DNA of 38,937 bases, from positions 1-38,937 of the forward strand of contig UYFQ01000403.1 in assembly GCA_900617105.1 (NCBI GenBank), given 5' to 3'. The stretch comes from Hydrurus foetidus. Taxonomy: Eukaryota. The translations under genes were made by a program, and so were the position numbers. How positions within the stretch are numbered: the stretch's first letter is position 1; each line of letters opens with the position of its first letter. Of the stretch, positions 11,101 through 24,600 are shown in pieces. The notes under the pieces were generated by a model that saw only the letters and a list, made by a program, of their open reading frames with translations, searched no databases and was not told where the DNA came from.

Positions 11101-11627
11101 GAAAAGAAGAATTTCGATTGCGCAGAGGTTGTATCCAGGTATTCCGATATGGGCACCGATAAGATAGAAGAAGCCTTGGGCGTTGAAGCAGTTGGAATAG
11201 AAGCAGATCCAACTGTTGATTTCGGTTGGGAGACCAACGGTGGAGGCTGTTGGATCTTAGAAGACATAATGTCGATGAGCCTTGCCACATCGGCGAAGGA
11301 AAATCTTGTCTCTGCATCCTGAGCCTCCAAATTGTCCGAAAATAAAGTTGTCGCTGTGGCTCCGAGATTCCGCGCCCGAGGTGCTAAAGGTGGTGTCGGA
11401 ACAACCTCCTGATTTTGAAGGGCTAATTCCACCTCGTCTAGAAAATCACTATTTGGATTTTCTAAAGGAGGAATTGCTCCTGTCCTAGATCTTGTAACTC
11501 GACCAGTGAAGATGGGTTGAGCTGCTTCGATCAGAGTTCTGAACGGATGTTGAAGGAGGTCGGCAAGAGCCGGCGGAGAGTCTGTGTTGGACAGCTCGAA
11601 CTCGTCTTCAGATCCATTATCACTCAT
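8139..11627 (-). CDS. gag: Gag + CCCH zinc finger + large unknown insert + aspartic protease (1162 aa)
   Basis: ATG 87 nt downstream of the 5' LTR. Copia Gag-like helical region (DAVLWFKTIYDHING...LHSLKL...TIQE...), C-x7-C-x5-C-x3-H finger, protease VIDSGAST and LLSVSQ, and C-terminal GLYLL. Confidence 0.92.
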   Translation of the reverse strand: MSDNGSEDEFELSNTDSPPALADLLQHPFRTLIEAAQPIFTGRVTRSRTGAIPPLENPNSDFLDEVELALQNQEVVPTPPLAPRARNLGATATTLFSDNLEAQDAETRFSFADVARLIDIMSSKIQQPPPLVSQPKSTVGSASIPTASTPKASSILSVPISEYLDTTSAQSKFFFSMPKFSNSGKDNRDNMETFMVALGECKLLTLAKGDRELPVITARNPGGYSPRSLVLAEEGLYDVIPADDIYKRLHDLDRLLVILNMVTGKDLHYLIKRVIADNDAVLWFKTIYDHINGTKNSDIRKATDQLHSLKLKSTQTIQENVATIEEAFRVLKVASGVPVTDDQKLYHLQEKLEHDARFSVLSIMASSKTSKASYDDTIKYLVLLDPAPAVAHKMASLTPTLELCRRHIAGLCTNGSSCKYSHAAAPPNKGAPSDKKPNKNPPPFKKDQKTPPKFPFKKPIIVSDSHRSLVGYPKGVATAKNPAGYSLNQLTTIRTLQSADVDGWTTGDPQYFNGDGSSNHIDRFNVLRFKEQSTTSIAEFPEFYHLEPFPRLREIRRHLFTMLNSVEKYNRFAGSSPSDYDGSPTDPLSGIVVSFQDLTAAEPRMVHILVAFTWLSESPTISRSVKIREDVRTADKRLMRMLYKIGNRFLNADVLIPDREGSENFSYMNFNPLSDKFYHSDDYGFYQSNMRNVEKYFVAIRYIMEHPDIPWRLLRILSLAIIYDFMSFCAQLLRDALQMQADESQTRANVLFTLNTYRSNAQFLDQIVFHDAFSAIINNIKPMPPTPQSYALQTSPITTSYSRMSAINREDLLSETTDHTEENDDDNDDDDDDEYSDDESEGDDIDMTPPGSSSDHHRRCQEDLTRYNHPYVMGHKRSLWASIQTDTKRPARRKIIKTSDDNEFKETPGTSSSMHAPPMLQDPPLVTDDIVPALKTAGVPRMTVSVPYTIKEEEQQTLQLEHPPMSLDSQQSTQDILHPPMADLATPEPYRMRTPPAKSPSRDSVSATRRAKARALAEKKSLNLLTVTDKDSKFMSFKKTSHKTVIDSGASTSGTGLRSSLRDLRPTSCSVSAAFGETAQPTEMGLLPPFMLKTIVIDQMNDTTLLSVSQACAKGFVGIFTSKDCKFFNAIDVIPHLQTISKTAHPVMSGKVEEGLYLLDSN

Positions 11628-11702
11628 GATTGCAGGGTTCTGAAAGTTGAGGAAGGAAATTCAGAATCCTGGAATCCACGGCAATCGTTTAATCACTATA
11701 AA

Positions 11703-11714
11703 CAATCGCTACCA
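11703..11714 (-). promoter_or_regulatory. Primer-binding site TGGTAGCGATTG, probably for initiator tRNA-Met
   Basis: Begins with TGG directly after the 5' LTR terminal CA. TGGTAGC matches the A1-U72/A73 3' end of eukaryotic initiator tRNAs (yeast Ty1 PBS is TGGTAGCGCC). The tRNA identity is inferred. Confidence 0.85.
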
Positions 11715-12627
11715 TGTAAGACTAAATACAAGATGTCACCTTCTAGCGTTCGCAGCGAAGGTGGAGAAGCAGCTGCAGGCTACTGTCTCAATTCAGTGAG
11801 CTATCGAGTAGACGAAGCTGTGAAGTACAACGTATTAAATTCTGATTAGAGTTTACAGATAGCCACGCAAAAGAGCTATCGGAACAGTTCATGACAGTGA
11901 AACTACCTTGAGACAAAGTTCACAGCGAGATGTGTTGTTCATAGCATGTGCTTGAGGAACGTTGCATGAATGCTTATAGTAACGAAGTGTTTTGGCGATA
12001 CTGAAGAATCATGAAAGGCGAACGTTCATTTGCGTGAGGTCAGAGGGTTCGTACTAACTGATACATGGCGATAGTACAGGGGTACGTATGCGTGTATATG
12101 TATATGAACGTACATGCGTGAGTACTAACTGCTATATGGCGATATTATAGGAGTACGTATGCATGTGTATGTATAAGAACGTACATGCGTAAGTACAGTG
12201 GTACTTACGTATGTACGCCTATACATCTATGTACTACGCTATTGGCGATCGTACATACGTACATATTATATATGTACATACATGTGTAAGTACGTGTGTG
12301 TACGTATGCATATAATAGTTTGTACTAACATGTGCACGTACGTATGTACGTGTGTGCGTGACCATACAAGTGTACGCTATGCTATATGCGTGCGTACGTA
12401 CGTACGTACATATTGACTATGTACGTACATGTGTAAGTACATGTGTGTACGTATGCATAAATGAGTATGCACTAACATGTGTAAGTACGTGTGTACGTGT
12501 GCATGTTATCATATCTGCATGTGTACTTACGTACGTACGTGTCGCATAACGTACATGTATATATTTGAAACTATATTTGCAACTATATTACTACAGACAT
12601 ATCTTGATAGAATCAAGTGGTCTGACA
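11715..12627 (-). repeat. 5' LTR (913 bp)
   Basis: Direct repeat of 4019-4931, adjacent to the PBS. Confidence 0.97.
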
Positions 12628-15600
12628 ATACGACACAGGCAACGTGTTCTAACATTATGCTACAGTGCTACAGGGTAGGGTACATACAGCGGGGGTACTT
12701 ACGTCACCTGATGCAGTGTACATAATATCGAATAACGATGATGGTGATATGTTTGACGATTGATTGATGATCAGCATCATCAATGCATCATACTTGAGTA
12801 TGCTAACATGACTATACGACACAGGCAACGTGTTCTAACATTATGCTACAGTGCTACAGGGTACATACAGTGGGGTACTTACGTCACCTGATGCAGTGTA
12901 CATAATATCGAATAACGATGATAGTGATAGTGATATGTTTGACGATTGATTGATGATCAGCATCATCAATGCATCATACTTGAGTATGCTAACATGACTA
13001 TACGACACAGGCAACGTGTTCTAACATTATGCTACAGTGCTACAGGGTACATACAGTGGGGGTACTTACGTCACCTGATACAGTGTACATAATATCGAAT
13101 AACGATGATGGTGATAGTGATATGTTTGACGATTGATTGATGATCAGCATCATCAATGCATCATACTTGAGTATGCTAACATGACTATACGACACAGGCA
13201 ACGTGTTCTAACATTATGCTACAGTGCTACAGGGTACATACAGTGGGGGTACTTACGTCACCTGATACAGTGTACATAATATCGAATAACGATGATGGTG
13301 ATATGTTTGACGATTGATTGATGATCAGCATCATCAATGCATCATACTTGAGTATGCTAACATGACTATACGACACAGGCAACGTGTTCTAACATTATGC
13401 TACAGTGCTACAGGGGGTACATACAGTGGGGTACTTACGTCACCTGATACAGTGTACATAATATCGAATAACGATGATGGTGATATGTTTGACGATTGAT
13501 TGATGATCAGCATCATCAATGCATCATACTTGAGTATGCTAACATGACTATACGACACAGGCAACGTGTTCTAACATTATGCTACAGTGCTACAGGGTAC
13601 ATACAGTGGGGGTACTTACGTCACCTGATACAGTGTACATAATATCGAATAACGATGATGGTGATATGTTTGACGATTGATTGATGATCAGCATCATCAA
13701 TGCATCATACTTGAGTATGCTAACATGACTATACGACACAGGCAACGTGTTCTAACATTATGCTACAGTGCTACAGGGTAGGGTACATACAGTGGGGGTA
13801 CTTACGTCACCTGATACAGTGTACATAATATCGAATAACGATGATAGTGATAGTGATATGTTTGACGATTGATTGATGATCAGCATCATCAATGCATCAT
13901 ACTTGAGTATGCTAACATGACTATACGACACAGGCAACGTGTTCTAACATTATGCTACAGTGCTACAGGGTACATACAGTGGGGGTACTTACGTCACCTG
14001 ATACAGTGTACATAATATCGAATAACGATGATAGTGATATGTTTGACGATTGATTGATGATCAGCATCATCAATGCATCATACTTGAGTATGCTAACATG
14101 ACTATACGACACAGGCAACGTGTTCTAACATTATGCTACAGTGCTACAGGGTAGGGTACATACAGTGGGGTACTTACGTCACCTGATACAGTGTACATAA
14201 TATCGAATAACGATGATAGTGATATGATATGTTTGACGATTGATTGATGATCAGCATCATCAATGCATCATACTTGAGTATGCTAACATGACTATACGAC
14301 ACAGGCAACGTGTTCTAACATTATGCTACAGTGCTACAGGGTACATACAGTGGGGGTACTTACGTCACCTGATACAGTGTACATAATATCGAATAACGAT
14401 GATAGTGATATGTTTGACGATTGATTGATGATCAGCATCATCAATGCATCATACTTGAGTATGCTAACATGACTATACGACACAGGCAACGTGTTCTAAC
14501 ATTATGCTACAGTGCTACAGGGTAGGGTACATACAGTGGGGTACTTACGTCACCTGATACAGTGTACATAATATCGAATAACGATGATGGTGATGGTGAT
14601 ATGTTTGACGATTGATTGATGATCAGCATCATCAATGCATCATACTTGAGTATGCTAACATGACTATACGACACAGGCAACGTGTTCTAACATTATGCTA
14701 CAGTGCTACAGGGTAGGGTACATACAGTGGGGGTACTTACGTCACCTGATACAGTGTACATAATATCGAATAACGATGATGGTGATATGTTTGACGATTG
14801 ATTGATGATCAGCATCATCAATGCATCATACTTGAGTATGCTAACATGACTATACGACACAGGCAACGTGTTCTAACATTATGCTACAGTGCTACAGGGT
14901 AGGGTACATACAGTGGGGGTACTTACGTCACCTGATACAGTGTACATAATATCGAATAACGATGATGGTGATAGTGATATGTTTGACGATTGATTGATGA
15001 TCAGCATCATCAATGCATCATACTTGAGTATGCTAACATGACTATACGACACAGGCAACGTGTTCTAACATTATGCTACAGTGCTACAGGGTAGGGTACA
15101 TACAGTGGGGGTACTTACGTCACCTGATACAGTGTACATAATATCGAATAACGATGATGGTGATAGTGATATGTTTGACGATTGATTGATGATCAGCATC
15201 ATCAATGCATCATACTTGAGTATGCTAACATGACTATACGACACAGGCAACGTGTTCTAACATTATGCTACAGTGCTACAGGGTACATACAGTGGGGGTA
15301 CTTACGTCACCTGATACAGTGTACATAATATCGAATAACGATGATGGTGATATGTTTGACGATTGATTGATGATCAGCATCATCAATGCATCATACTTGA
15401 GTATGCTAACATGACTATACGACACAGGCAACGTGTTCTAACATTATGCTACAGTGCTACAGGGTACATACAGTGGGGGTACTTACGTCACCTGATACAG
15501 TGTACATAATATCGAATAACGATGATGGTGATAGTGATATGTTTGACGATTGATTGATTGATGATCAGCATCATCAATGCATCATACTTGAGTATGCTAA

Positions 15601-18600
15601 CATGACTATACGACACAGGCAACGTGTTCTAACATTATGCTACAGTGCTACAGGGTACATACAGTGGGGGTACTTACGTCACCTGATACAGTGTACATAA
15701 TATCGAATAACGATGATGGTGATAGTGATATGTTTGACGATTGATTGATGATCAGCATCATCAATGCATCATACTTGAGTATGCTAACATGACTATACGA
15801 CACAGGCAACGTGTTCTAACATTATGCTACAGTGCTACAGGGTACATACAGTGGGGGTACTTACGTCACCTGATACAGTGTACATAATATCGAATAACGA
15901 TGATAGTGATATGTTTGACGATTGATTGATGATCAGCATCATCAATGCATCATACTTGAGTATGCTAACATGACTATACGACACAGGCAACGTGTTCTAA
16001 CATTATGCTACAGTGCTACAGGGTACATACAGTGGGGGTACTTACGTCACCTGATACAGTGTACATAATATCGAATAACGATGATGGTGATATGTTTGAC
16101 GATTGATTGATGATCAGCATCATCAATGCATCATACTTGAGTATGCTAACATGACTATACGACACAGGCAACGTGTTCTAACATTATGCTACAGTGCTAC
16201 AGGGTACATACAGTGGGGGTACTTACGTCACCTGATACAGTGTACATAATATCGAATAACGATGATGGTGATATGTTTGACGATTGATTGATTGATGATC
16301 AGCATCATCAATGCATCATACTTGAGTATGCTAACATGACTATACGACACAGGCAACGTGTTCTAACATTATGCTACAGTGCTACAGGGTACATACAGTG
16401 GGGGTACTTACGTCACCTGATACAGTGTACATAATATCGAATAACGATGATGGTGATAGTGATATGTTTGACGATTGATTGATGATCAGCATCATCAATG
16501 CATCATACTTGAGTATGCTAACATGACTATACGACACAGGCAACGTGTTCTAACATTATGCTACAGTGCTACAGGGTACATACAGTGGGGGTACTTACGT
16601 CACCTGATACAGTGTACATAATATCGAATAACGATGATGGTGATATGTTTGACGATTGATTGATGATCAGCATCATCAATGCATCATACTTGAGTATGCT
16701 AACATGACTATACGACACAGGCAACGTGTTCTAACATTATGCTACAGTGCTACAGGGTACATACAGTGGGGGTACTTACGTCACCTGATACAGTGTACAT
16801 AATATCGAATAACGATGATGGTGTGATATGTTTGACGATTGATTGATGATCAGCATCATCAATGCATCATACTTGAGTATGCTAACATGACTATACGACA
16901 CAGGCAACGTGTTCTAACATTATGCTACAGTGCTACAGGGTACATACAGTGGGGGTACTTACGTCACCTGATACAGTGTACATAATATCGAATAACGATG
17001 ATGGTGATAGTGATATGTTTGACGATTGATTGATGATCAGCATCATCAATGCATCATACTTGAGTATGCTAACATGACTATACGACACAGGCAACGTGTT
17101 CTAACATTATGCTACAGTGCTACAGGGTACATACAGTGGGGGTACTTACGTCACCTGATACAGTGTACATAATATCGAATAACGATGATGGTGATAGTGA
17201 TATGTTTGACGATTGATTGATGATCAGCATCATCAATGCATCATACTTGAGTATGCTAACATGACTATACGACACAGGCAACGTGTTCTAACATTATGCT
17301 ACAGTGCTACAGGGTACATACAGTGGGGGTACTTACGTCACCTGATACAGTGTACATAATATCGAATAACGATGATGGTGATATGTTTGACGATTGATTG
17401 ATTGATGATCAGCATCATCAATGCATCATACTTGAGTATGCTAACATGACTATACGACACAGGCAACGTGTTCTAACATTATGCTACAGTGCTACAGGGT
17501 ACATACAGTGGGGGTACTTACGTCACCTGATACAGTGTACATAATATCGAATAACGATGATGGTGATAGTGATATGTTTGACGATTGATTGATGATCAGC
17601 ATCATCAATGCATCATACTTGAGTATGCTAACATGACTATACGACACAGGCAACGTGTTCTAACATTATGCTACAGTGCTACAGGGTACATACAGTGGGG
17701 GTACTTACGTCACCTGATACAGTGTACATAATATCGAATAACGATGATGGTGATATGTTTGACGATTGATTGATGATCAGCATCATCAATGCATCATACT
17801 TGAGTATGCTAACATGACTATACGACACAGGCAACGTGTTCTAACATTATGCTACAGTGCTACAGGGTAGGGTACATACAGTGGGGGTACTTACGTCACC
17901 TGATACAGTGTACATAATATCGAATAACGATGATGGTGATATATGTTTGACGATTGATTGATGATCAGCATCATCAATGCATCATACTTGAGTATGCTAA
18001 CATGACTATACGACACAGGCAACGTGTTCTAACATTATGCTACAGTGCTACAGGGTACATACAGTGGGGGTACTTACGTCACCTGATACAGTGTACATAA
18101 TATCGAATAACGATGATGGTGATATGTTTGACGATTGATTGATTGATGATCAGCATCATCAATGCATCATACTTGAGTATGCTAACATGACTATACGACA
18201 CAGGCAACGTGTTCTAACATTATGCTACAGTGCTACAGGGTACATACAGTGGGGGTACTTACGTCACCTGATACAGTGTACATAATATCGAATAACGATG
18301 ATGGTGATAGTGATATGTTTGACGATTGATTGATGATCAGCATCATCAATGCATCATACTTGAGTATGCTAACATGACTATACGACACAGGCAACGTGTT
18401 CTAACATTATGCTACAGTGCTACAGGGTAGGGTACATACAGTGGGGGTACTTACGTCACCTGATACAGTGTACATAATATCGAATAACGATGATGGTGAT
18501 ATGTTTGACGATTGATTGATGATCAGCATCATCAATGCATCATACTTGAGTATGCTAACATGACTATACGACACAGGCAACGTGTTCTAACATTATGCTA

Positions 18601-21600
18601 CAGTGCTACAGGGTACATACAGTGGGGGTACTTACGTCACCTGATACAGTGTACATAATATCGAATAACGATGATGGTGATATGTTTGACGATTGATTGA
18701 TGATCAGCATCATCAATGCATCATACTTGAGTATGCTAACATGACTATACGACACAGGCAACGTGTTCTAACATTATGCTACAGTGCTACAGGGTACATA
18801 CAGTGGGGGTACTTACGTCACCTGATACAGTGTACATAATATCGAATAACGATGATGGTGATATGTTTGACGATTGATTGATGATCAGCATCATCAATGC
18901 ATCATACTTGAGTATGCTAACATGACTATACGACACAGGCAACGTGTTCTAACATTATGCTACAGTGCTACAGGGTACATACAGTGGGGGTACTTACGTC
19001 ACCTGATACAGTGTACATAATATCGAATAACGATGATGGTGATATGATATGTTTGACGATTGATTGATGATCAGCATCATCAATGCATCATACTTGAGTA
19101 TGCTAACATGACTATACGACACAGGCAACGTGTTCTAACATTATGCTACAGTGCTACAGGGTACATACAGTGGGGGTACTTACGTCACCTGATACAGTGT
19201 ACATAATATCGAATAACGATGATGGTGATATGATATGTTTGACGATTGATTGATGATCAGCATCATCAATGCATCATACTTGAGTATGCTAACATGACTA
19301 TACGACACAGGCAACGTGTTCTAACATTATGCTACAGTGCTACAGGGTACATACAGTGGGGGTACTTACGTCACCTGATACAGTGTACATAATATCGAAT
19401 AACGATGATGGTGATATGTTTGACGATTGATTGATGATCAGCATCATCAATGCATCATACTTGAGTATGCTAACATGACTATACGACACAGGCAACGTGT
19501 TCTAACATTATGCTACAGTGCTACAGGGTACATACAGTGGGGGTACTTACGTCACCTGATACAGTGTACATAATATCGAATAACGATGATGGTGATATGT
19601 TTGACGATTGATTGATGATCAGCATCATCAATGCATCATACTTGAGTATGCTAACATGACTATACGACACAGGCAACGTGTTCTAACATTATGCTACAGT
19701 GCTACAGGGTACATACAGTGGGGGTACTTACGTCACCTGATACAGTGTACATAATATCGAATAACGATGATGGTGATATGTTTGACGATTGATTGATGAT
19801 CAGCATCATCAATGCATCATACTTGAGTATGCTAACATGACTATACGACACAGGCAACGTGTTCTAACATTATGCTACAGTGCTACAGGGTACATACAGT
19901 GGGGGTACTTACGTCACCTGATACAGTGTACATAATATCGAATAACGATGATGGTGATATGATATGTTTGACGATTGATTGATGATCAGCATCATCAATG
20001 CATCATACTTGAGTATGCTAACATGACTATACGACACAGGCAACGTGTTCTAACATTATGCTACAGTGCTACAGGGTACATACAGTGGGGGTACTTACGT
20101 CACCTGGTACAGTGTACATAATATCGAATAACGATGATGGTGATATGATATGTTTGACGATTGATTGATGATCAGCATCATCAATGCATCATACTTGAGT
20201 ATGCTAACATGACTATACGACACAGGCAACGTGTTCTAACATTATGCTACAGTGCTACAGGGTACATACAGTGGGGGTACTTACGTCACCTGATACAGTG
20301 TACATAATATCGAATAACGATGATGGTGATATGTTTGACGATTGATTGATGATCAGCATCATCAATGCATCATACTTGAGTATGCTAACATGACTATACG
20401 ACACAGGCAACGTGTTCTAACATTATGCTACAGTGCTACAGGGTACATACAGTGGGGGTACTTACGTCACCTGATACAGTGTACATAATATCGAATAACG
20501 ATGATGGTGATATGTTTGACGATTGATTGATGATCAGCATCATCAATGCATCATACTTGAGTATGCTAACATGACTATACGACACAGGCAACGTGTTCTA
20601 ACATTATGCTACAGTGCTACAGGGTACATACAGTGGGGGTACTTACGTCACCTGATACAGTGTACATAATATCGAATAACGATGATGGTGATATGTTTGA
20701 CGATTGATTGATGATCAGCATCATCAATGCATCATACTTGAGTATGCTAACATGACTATACGACACAGGCAACGTGTTCTAACATTATGCTACAGTGCTA
20801 CAGGGTACATACAGTGGGGGTACTTACGTCACCTGGTACAGTGTACATAATATCGAATAACGATGATGGTGATATGATTGTTTGACGATTGATTGATGAT
20901 CAGCATCATCAATGCATCATACTTGAGTATGCTAACATGACTATACGACACAGGCAACGTGTTCTAACATTATGCTACAGTGCTACAGGGTACATACAGT
21001 GGGGGTACTTACGTCACCTGGTACAGTGTACATAATATCGAATAACGATGATGGTGATAGTGATATGTTTGACGATTGATTGATGATCAGCATCATCAAT
21101 GCATCATACTTGAGTATGCTAACATGACTATACGACACAGGCAACGTGTTCTAACATTATGCTACAGTGCTACAGGGTAGGGTACATACAGTGGGGGTAC
21201 TTACGTCACCTGATACAGTGTACATAATATCGAATAACGATGATGGTGATATGTTTGACGATTGATTGATGATCAGCATCATCAATGCATCATACTTGAG
21301 TATGCTAACATGACTATACGACACAGGCAACGTGTTCTAACATTATGCTACAGTGCTACAGGGTACATACAGTGGGGGTACTTACGTCACCTGATACAGT
21401 GTACATAATATCGAATAACGATGATGGTGATATGATATGTTTGACGATTGATTGATGATCAGCATCATCAATGCATCATACTTGAGTATGCTAACATGAC
21501 TATACGACACAGGCAACGTGTTCTAACATTATGCTACAGTGCTACAGGGTACATACAGTGGGGGTACTTACGTCACCTGATACAGTGTACATAATATCGA

Positions 21601-24600
21601 ATAACGATGATGGTGATATGTTTGACGATTGATTGATGATCAGCATCATCAATGCATCATACTTGAGTATGCTAACATGACTATACGACACAGGCAACGT
21701 GTTCTAACATTATGCTACAGTGCTACAGGGTACATACAGTGGGGGTACTTACGTCACCTGATACAGTGTACATAATATCGAATAACGATGATGGTGATAT
21801 GATTGTTTGACGATTGATTGATGATCAGCATCATCAATGCATCATACTTGAGTATGCTAACATGACTATACGACACAGGCAACGTGTTCTAACATTATGC
21901 TACAGTGCTACAGGGTACATACAGTGGGGGTACTTACGTCACCTGGTACAGTGTACATAATATCGAATAACGATGATGGTGATATGTTTGACGATTGATT
22001 GATGATCAGCATCATCAATGCATCATACTTGAGTATGCTAACATGACTATACGACACAGGCAACGTGTTCTAACATTATGCTACAGTGCTACAGGGTACA
22101 TACAGTGGGGGTACTTACGTCACCTGATACAGTGTACATAATATCGAATAACGATGATGGTGATATGTTTGACGATTGATTGATGATCAGCATCATCAAT
22201 GCATCATACTTGAGTATGCTAACATGACTATACGACACAGGCAACGTGTTCTAACATTATGCTACAGTGCTACAGGGTACATACAGTGGGGGTACTTACG
22301 TCACCTGGTACAGTGTACATAATATCGAATAACGATGATGGTGATATGTTTGACGATTGATTGATGATCAGCATCATCAATGCATCATACTTGAGTATGC
22401 TAACATGACTATACGACACAGGCAACGTGTTCTAACATTATGCTACAGTGCTACAGGGTACATACAGTGGGGGTACTTACGTCACCTGGTACAGTGTACA
22501 TAATATCGAATAACGATGATGGTGATATGTTTGACGATTGATTGATGATCAGCATCATCAATGCATCATACTTGAGTATGCTAACATGACTATACGACAC
22601 AGGCAACGTGTTCTAACATTATGCTACAGTGCTACAGGGTACATACAGTGGGGGTACTTACGTCACCTGGTACAGTGTACATAATATCGAATAACGATGA
22701 TGGTGATATGTTTGACGATTGATTGATGATCAGCATCATCAATGCATCATACTTGAGTATGCTAACATGACTATACGACACAGGCAACGTGTTCTAACAT
22801 TATGCTACAGTGCTACAGGGTACATACAGTGGGGGTACTTACGTCACCTGATACAGTGTACATAATATCGAATAACGATGATGGTGATAGTGATATGTTT
22901 GACGATTGATTGATGATCAGCATCATCAATGCATCATACTTGAGTATGCTAACATGACTATACGACACAGGCAACGTGTTCTAACATTATGCTACAGTGC
23001 TACAGGGTACATACAGTGGGGGTACTTACGTCACCTGGTACAGTGTACATAATATCGAATAACGATGATGGTGATATGATATTGACGATTGATTGATGAT
23101 GATCAGCATCATCAATGCATCATACTTGAGTATGCTAACATGACTATACGACACAGGCAACGTGTTCTAACATTATGCTACAGTGCTACAGGGTACATAC
23201 AGTGGGGGTACTTACGTCACCTGGTACAGTGTACATAATATCGAATAACGATGATGGTGATAGTGATATGTTTGACGATTGATTGATGATCAGCATCATC
23301 AATGCATCATACTTGAGTATGCTAACATGACTATACGACACAGGCAACGTGTTCTAACATTATGCTACAGTGCTACAGGGTACATACAGTGGGGGTACTT
23401 ACGTCACCTGGTACAGTGTACATAATATCGAATAACGATGATGGTGATATGTTTGACGATTGATTGATGATCAGCATCATCAATGCATCATACTTGAGTA
23501 TGCTAACATGACTATACGACACAGGCAACGTGTTCTAACATTATGCTACAGTGCTACAGGGTACATACAGTGGGGGTACTTACGTCACCTGGTACAGTGT
23601 ACATAATATCGAATAACGATGATGGTGATATGATTGTTTGACGATTGATTGATGATCAGCATCATCAATGCATCATACTTGAGTATGCTAACATGACTAT
23701 ACGACACAGGCAACGTGTTCTAACATTATGCTACAGTGCTACAGGGTACATACAGTGGGGGTACTTACGTCACCTGGTACAGTGTACATAATATCGAATA
23801 ACGATGATGGTGATATGTTTGACGATTGATTGATTGATGATCAGCATCATCAATGCATCATACTTGAGTATGCTAACATGACTATACGACACAGGCAACG
23901 TGTTCTAACATTATGCTACAGTGCTACAGGGTACATACAGTGGGGGTACTTACGTCACCTGATACAGTGTACATAATATCGAATAACGATGATGGTGATA
24001 TGATTGTTTGACGATTGATTGATGATCAGCATCATCAATGCATCATACTTGAGTATGCTAACATGACTATACGACACAGGCAACGTGTTCTAACATTATG
24101 CTACAGTGCTACAGGGTACATACAGTGGGGGTACTTACGTCACCTGATACAGTGTACATAATATCGAATAACGATGATGGTGATATGATTGTTTGACGAT
24201 TGATTGATGATCAGCATCATCAATGCATCATACTTGAGTATGCTAACATGACTATACGACACAGGCAACGTGTTCTAACATTATGCTACAGTGCTACAGG
24301 GTACATACAGTGGGGGTACTTACGTCACCTGATACAGTGTACATAATATCGAATAACGATGATGGTGATATGTTTGACGATTGATTGATTGATGATCAGC
24401 ATCATCAATGCATCATACTTGAGTATGCTAACATGACTATACGACACAGGCAACGTGTTCTAACATTATGCTACAGTGCTACAGGGTACATACAGTGGGG
24501 GTACTTACGTCACCTGGTACAGTGTACATAATATCGAATAACGATGATGGTGATAGTGATATGTTTGACGATTGATTGATGATCAGCATCATCAATGCAT

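Larger units (their letters stand above)
4019..12627 (-). mobile_element. Full-length Ty1/copia LTR retrotransposon
   Basis: Two 913-bp LTRs with TG...CA ends, a 5-bp TSD, PBS and PPT. Domain order Gag-PR-IN-RT-RNaseH (integrase before RT) is diagnostic of copia. Confidence 0.98.

Noticed and set aside
5212..11849. Antisense and alternate-frame ORFs within the retrotransposon
   Set aside because: Short shadows of the long gag/pol frames with no recognisable motifs.
15305..15312. GTCACCTG in each monomer as a yeast CDEI element
   Set aside because: It mismatches RTCACRTG, there is no CDEII/CDEIII, and point centromeres are not tandem satellites.
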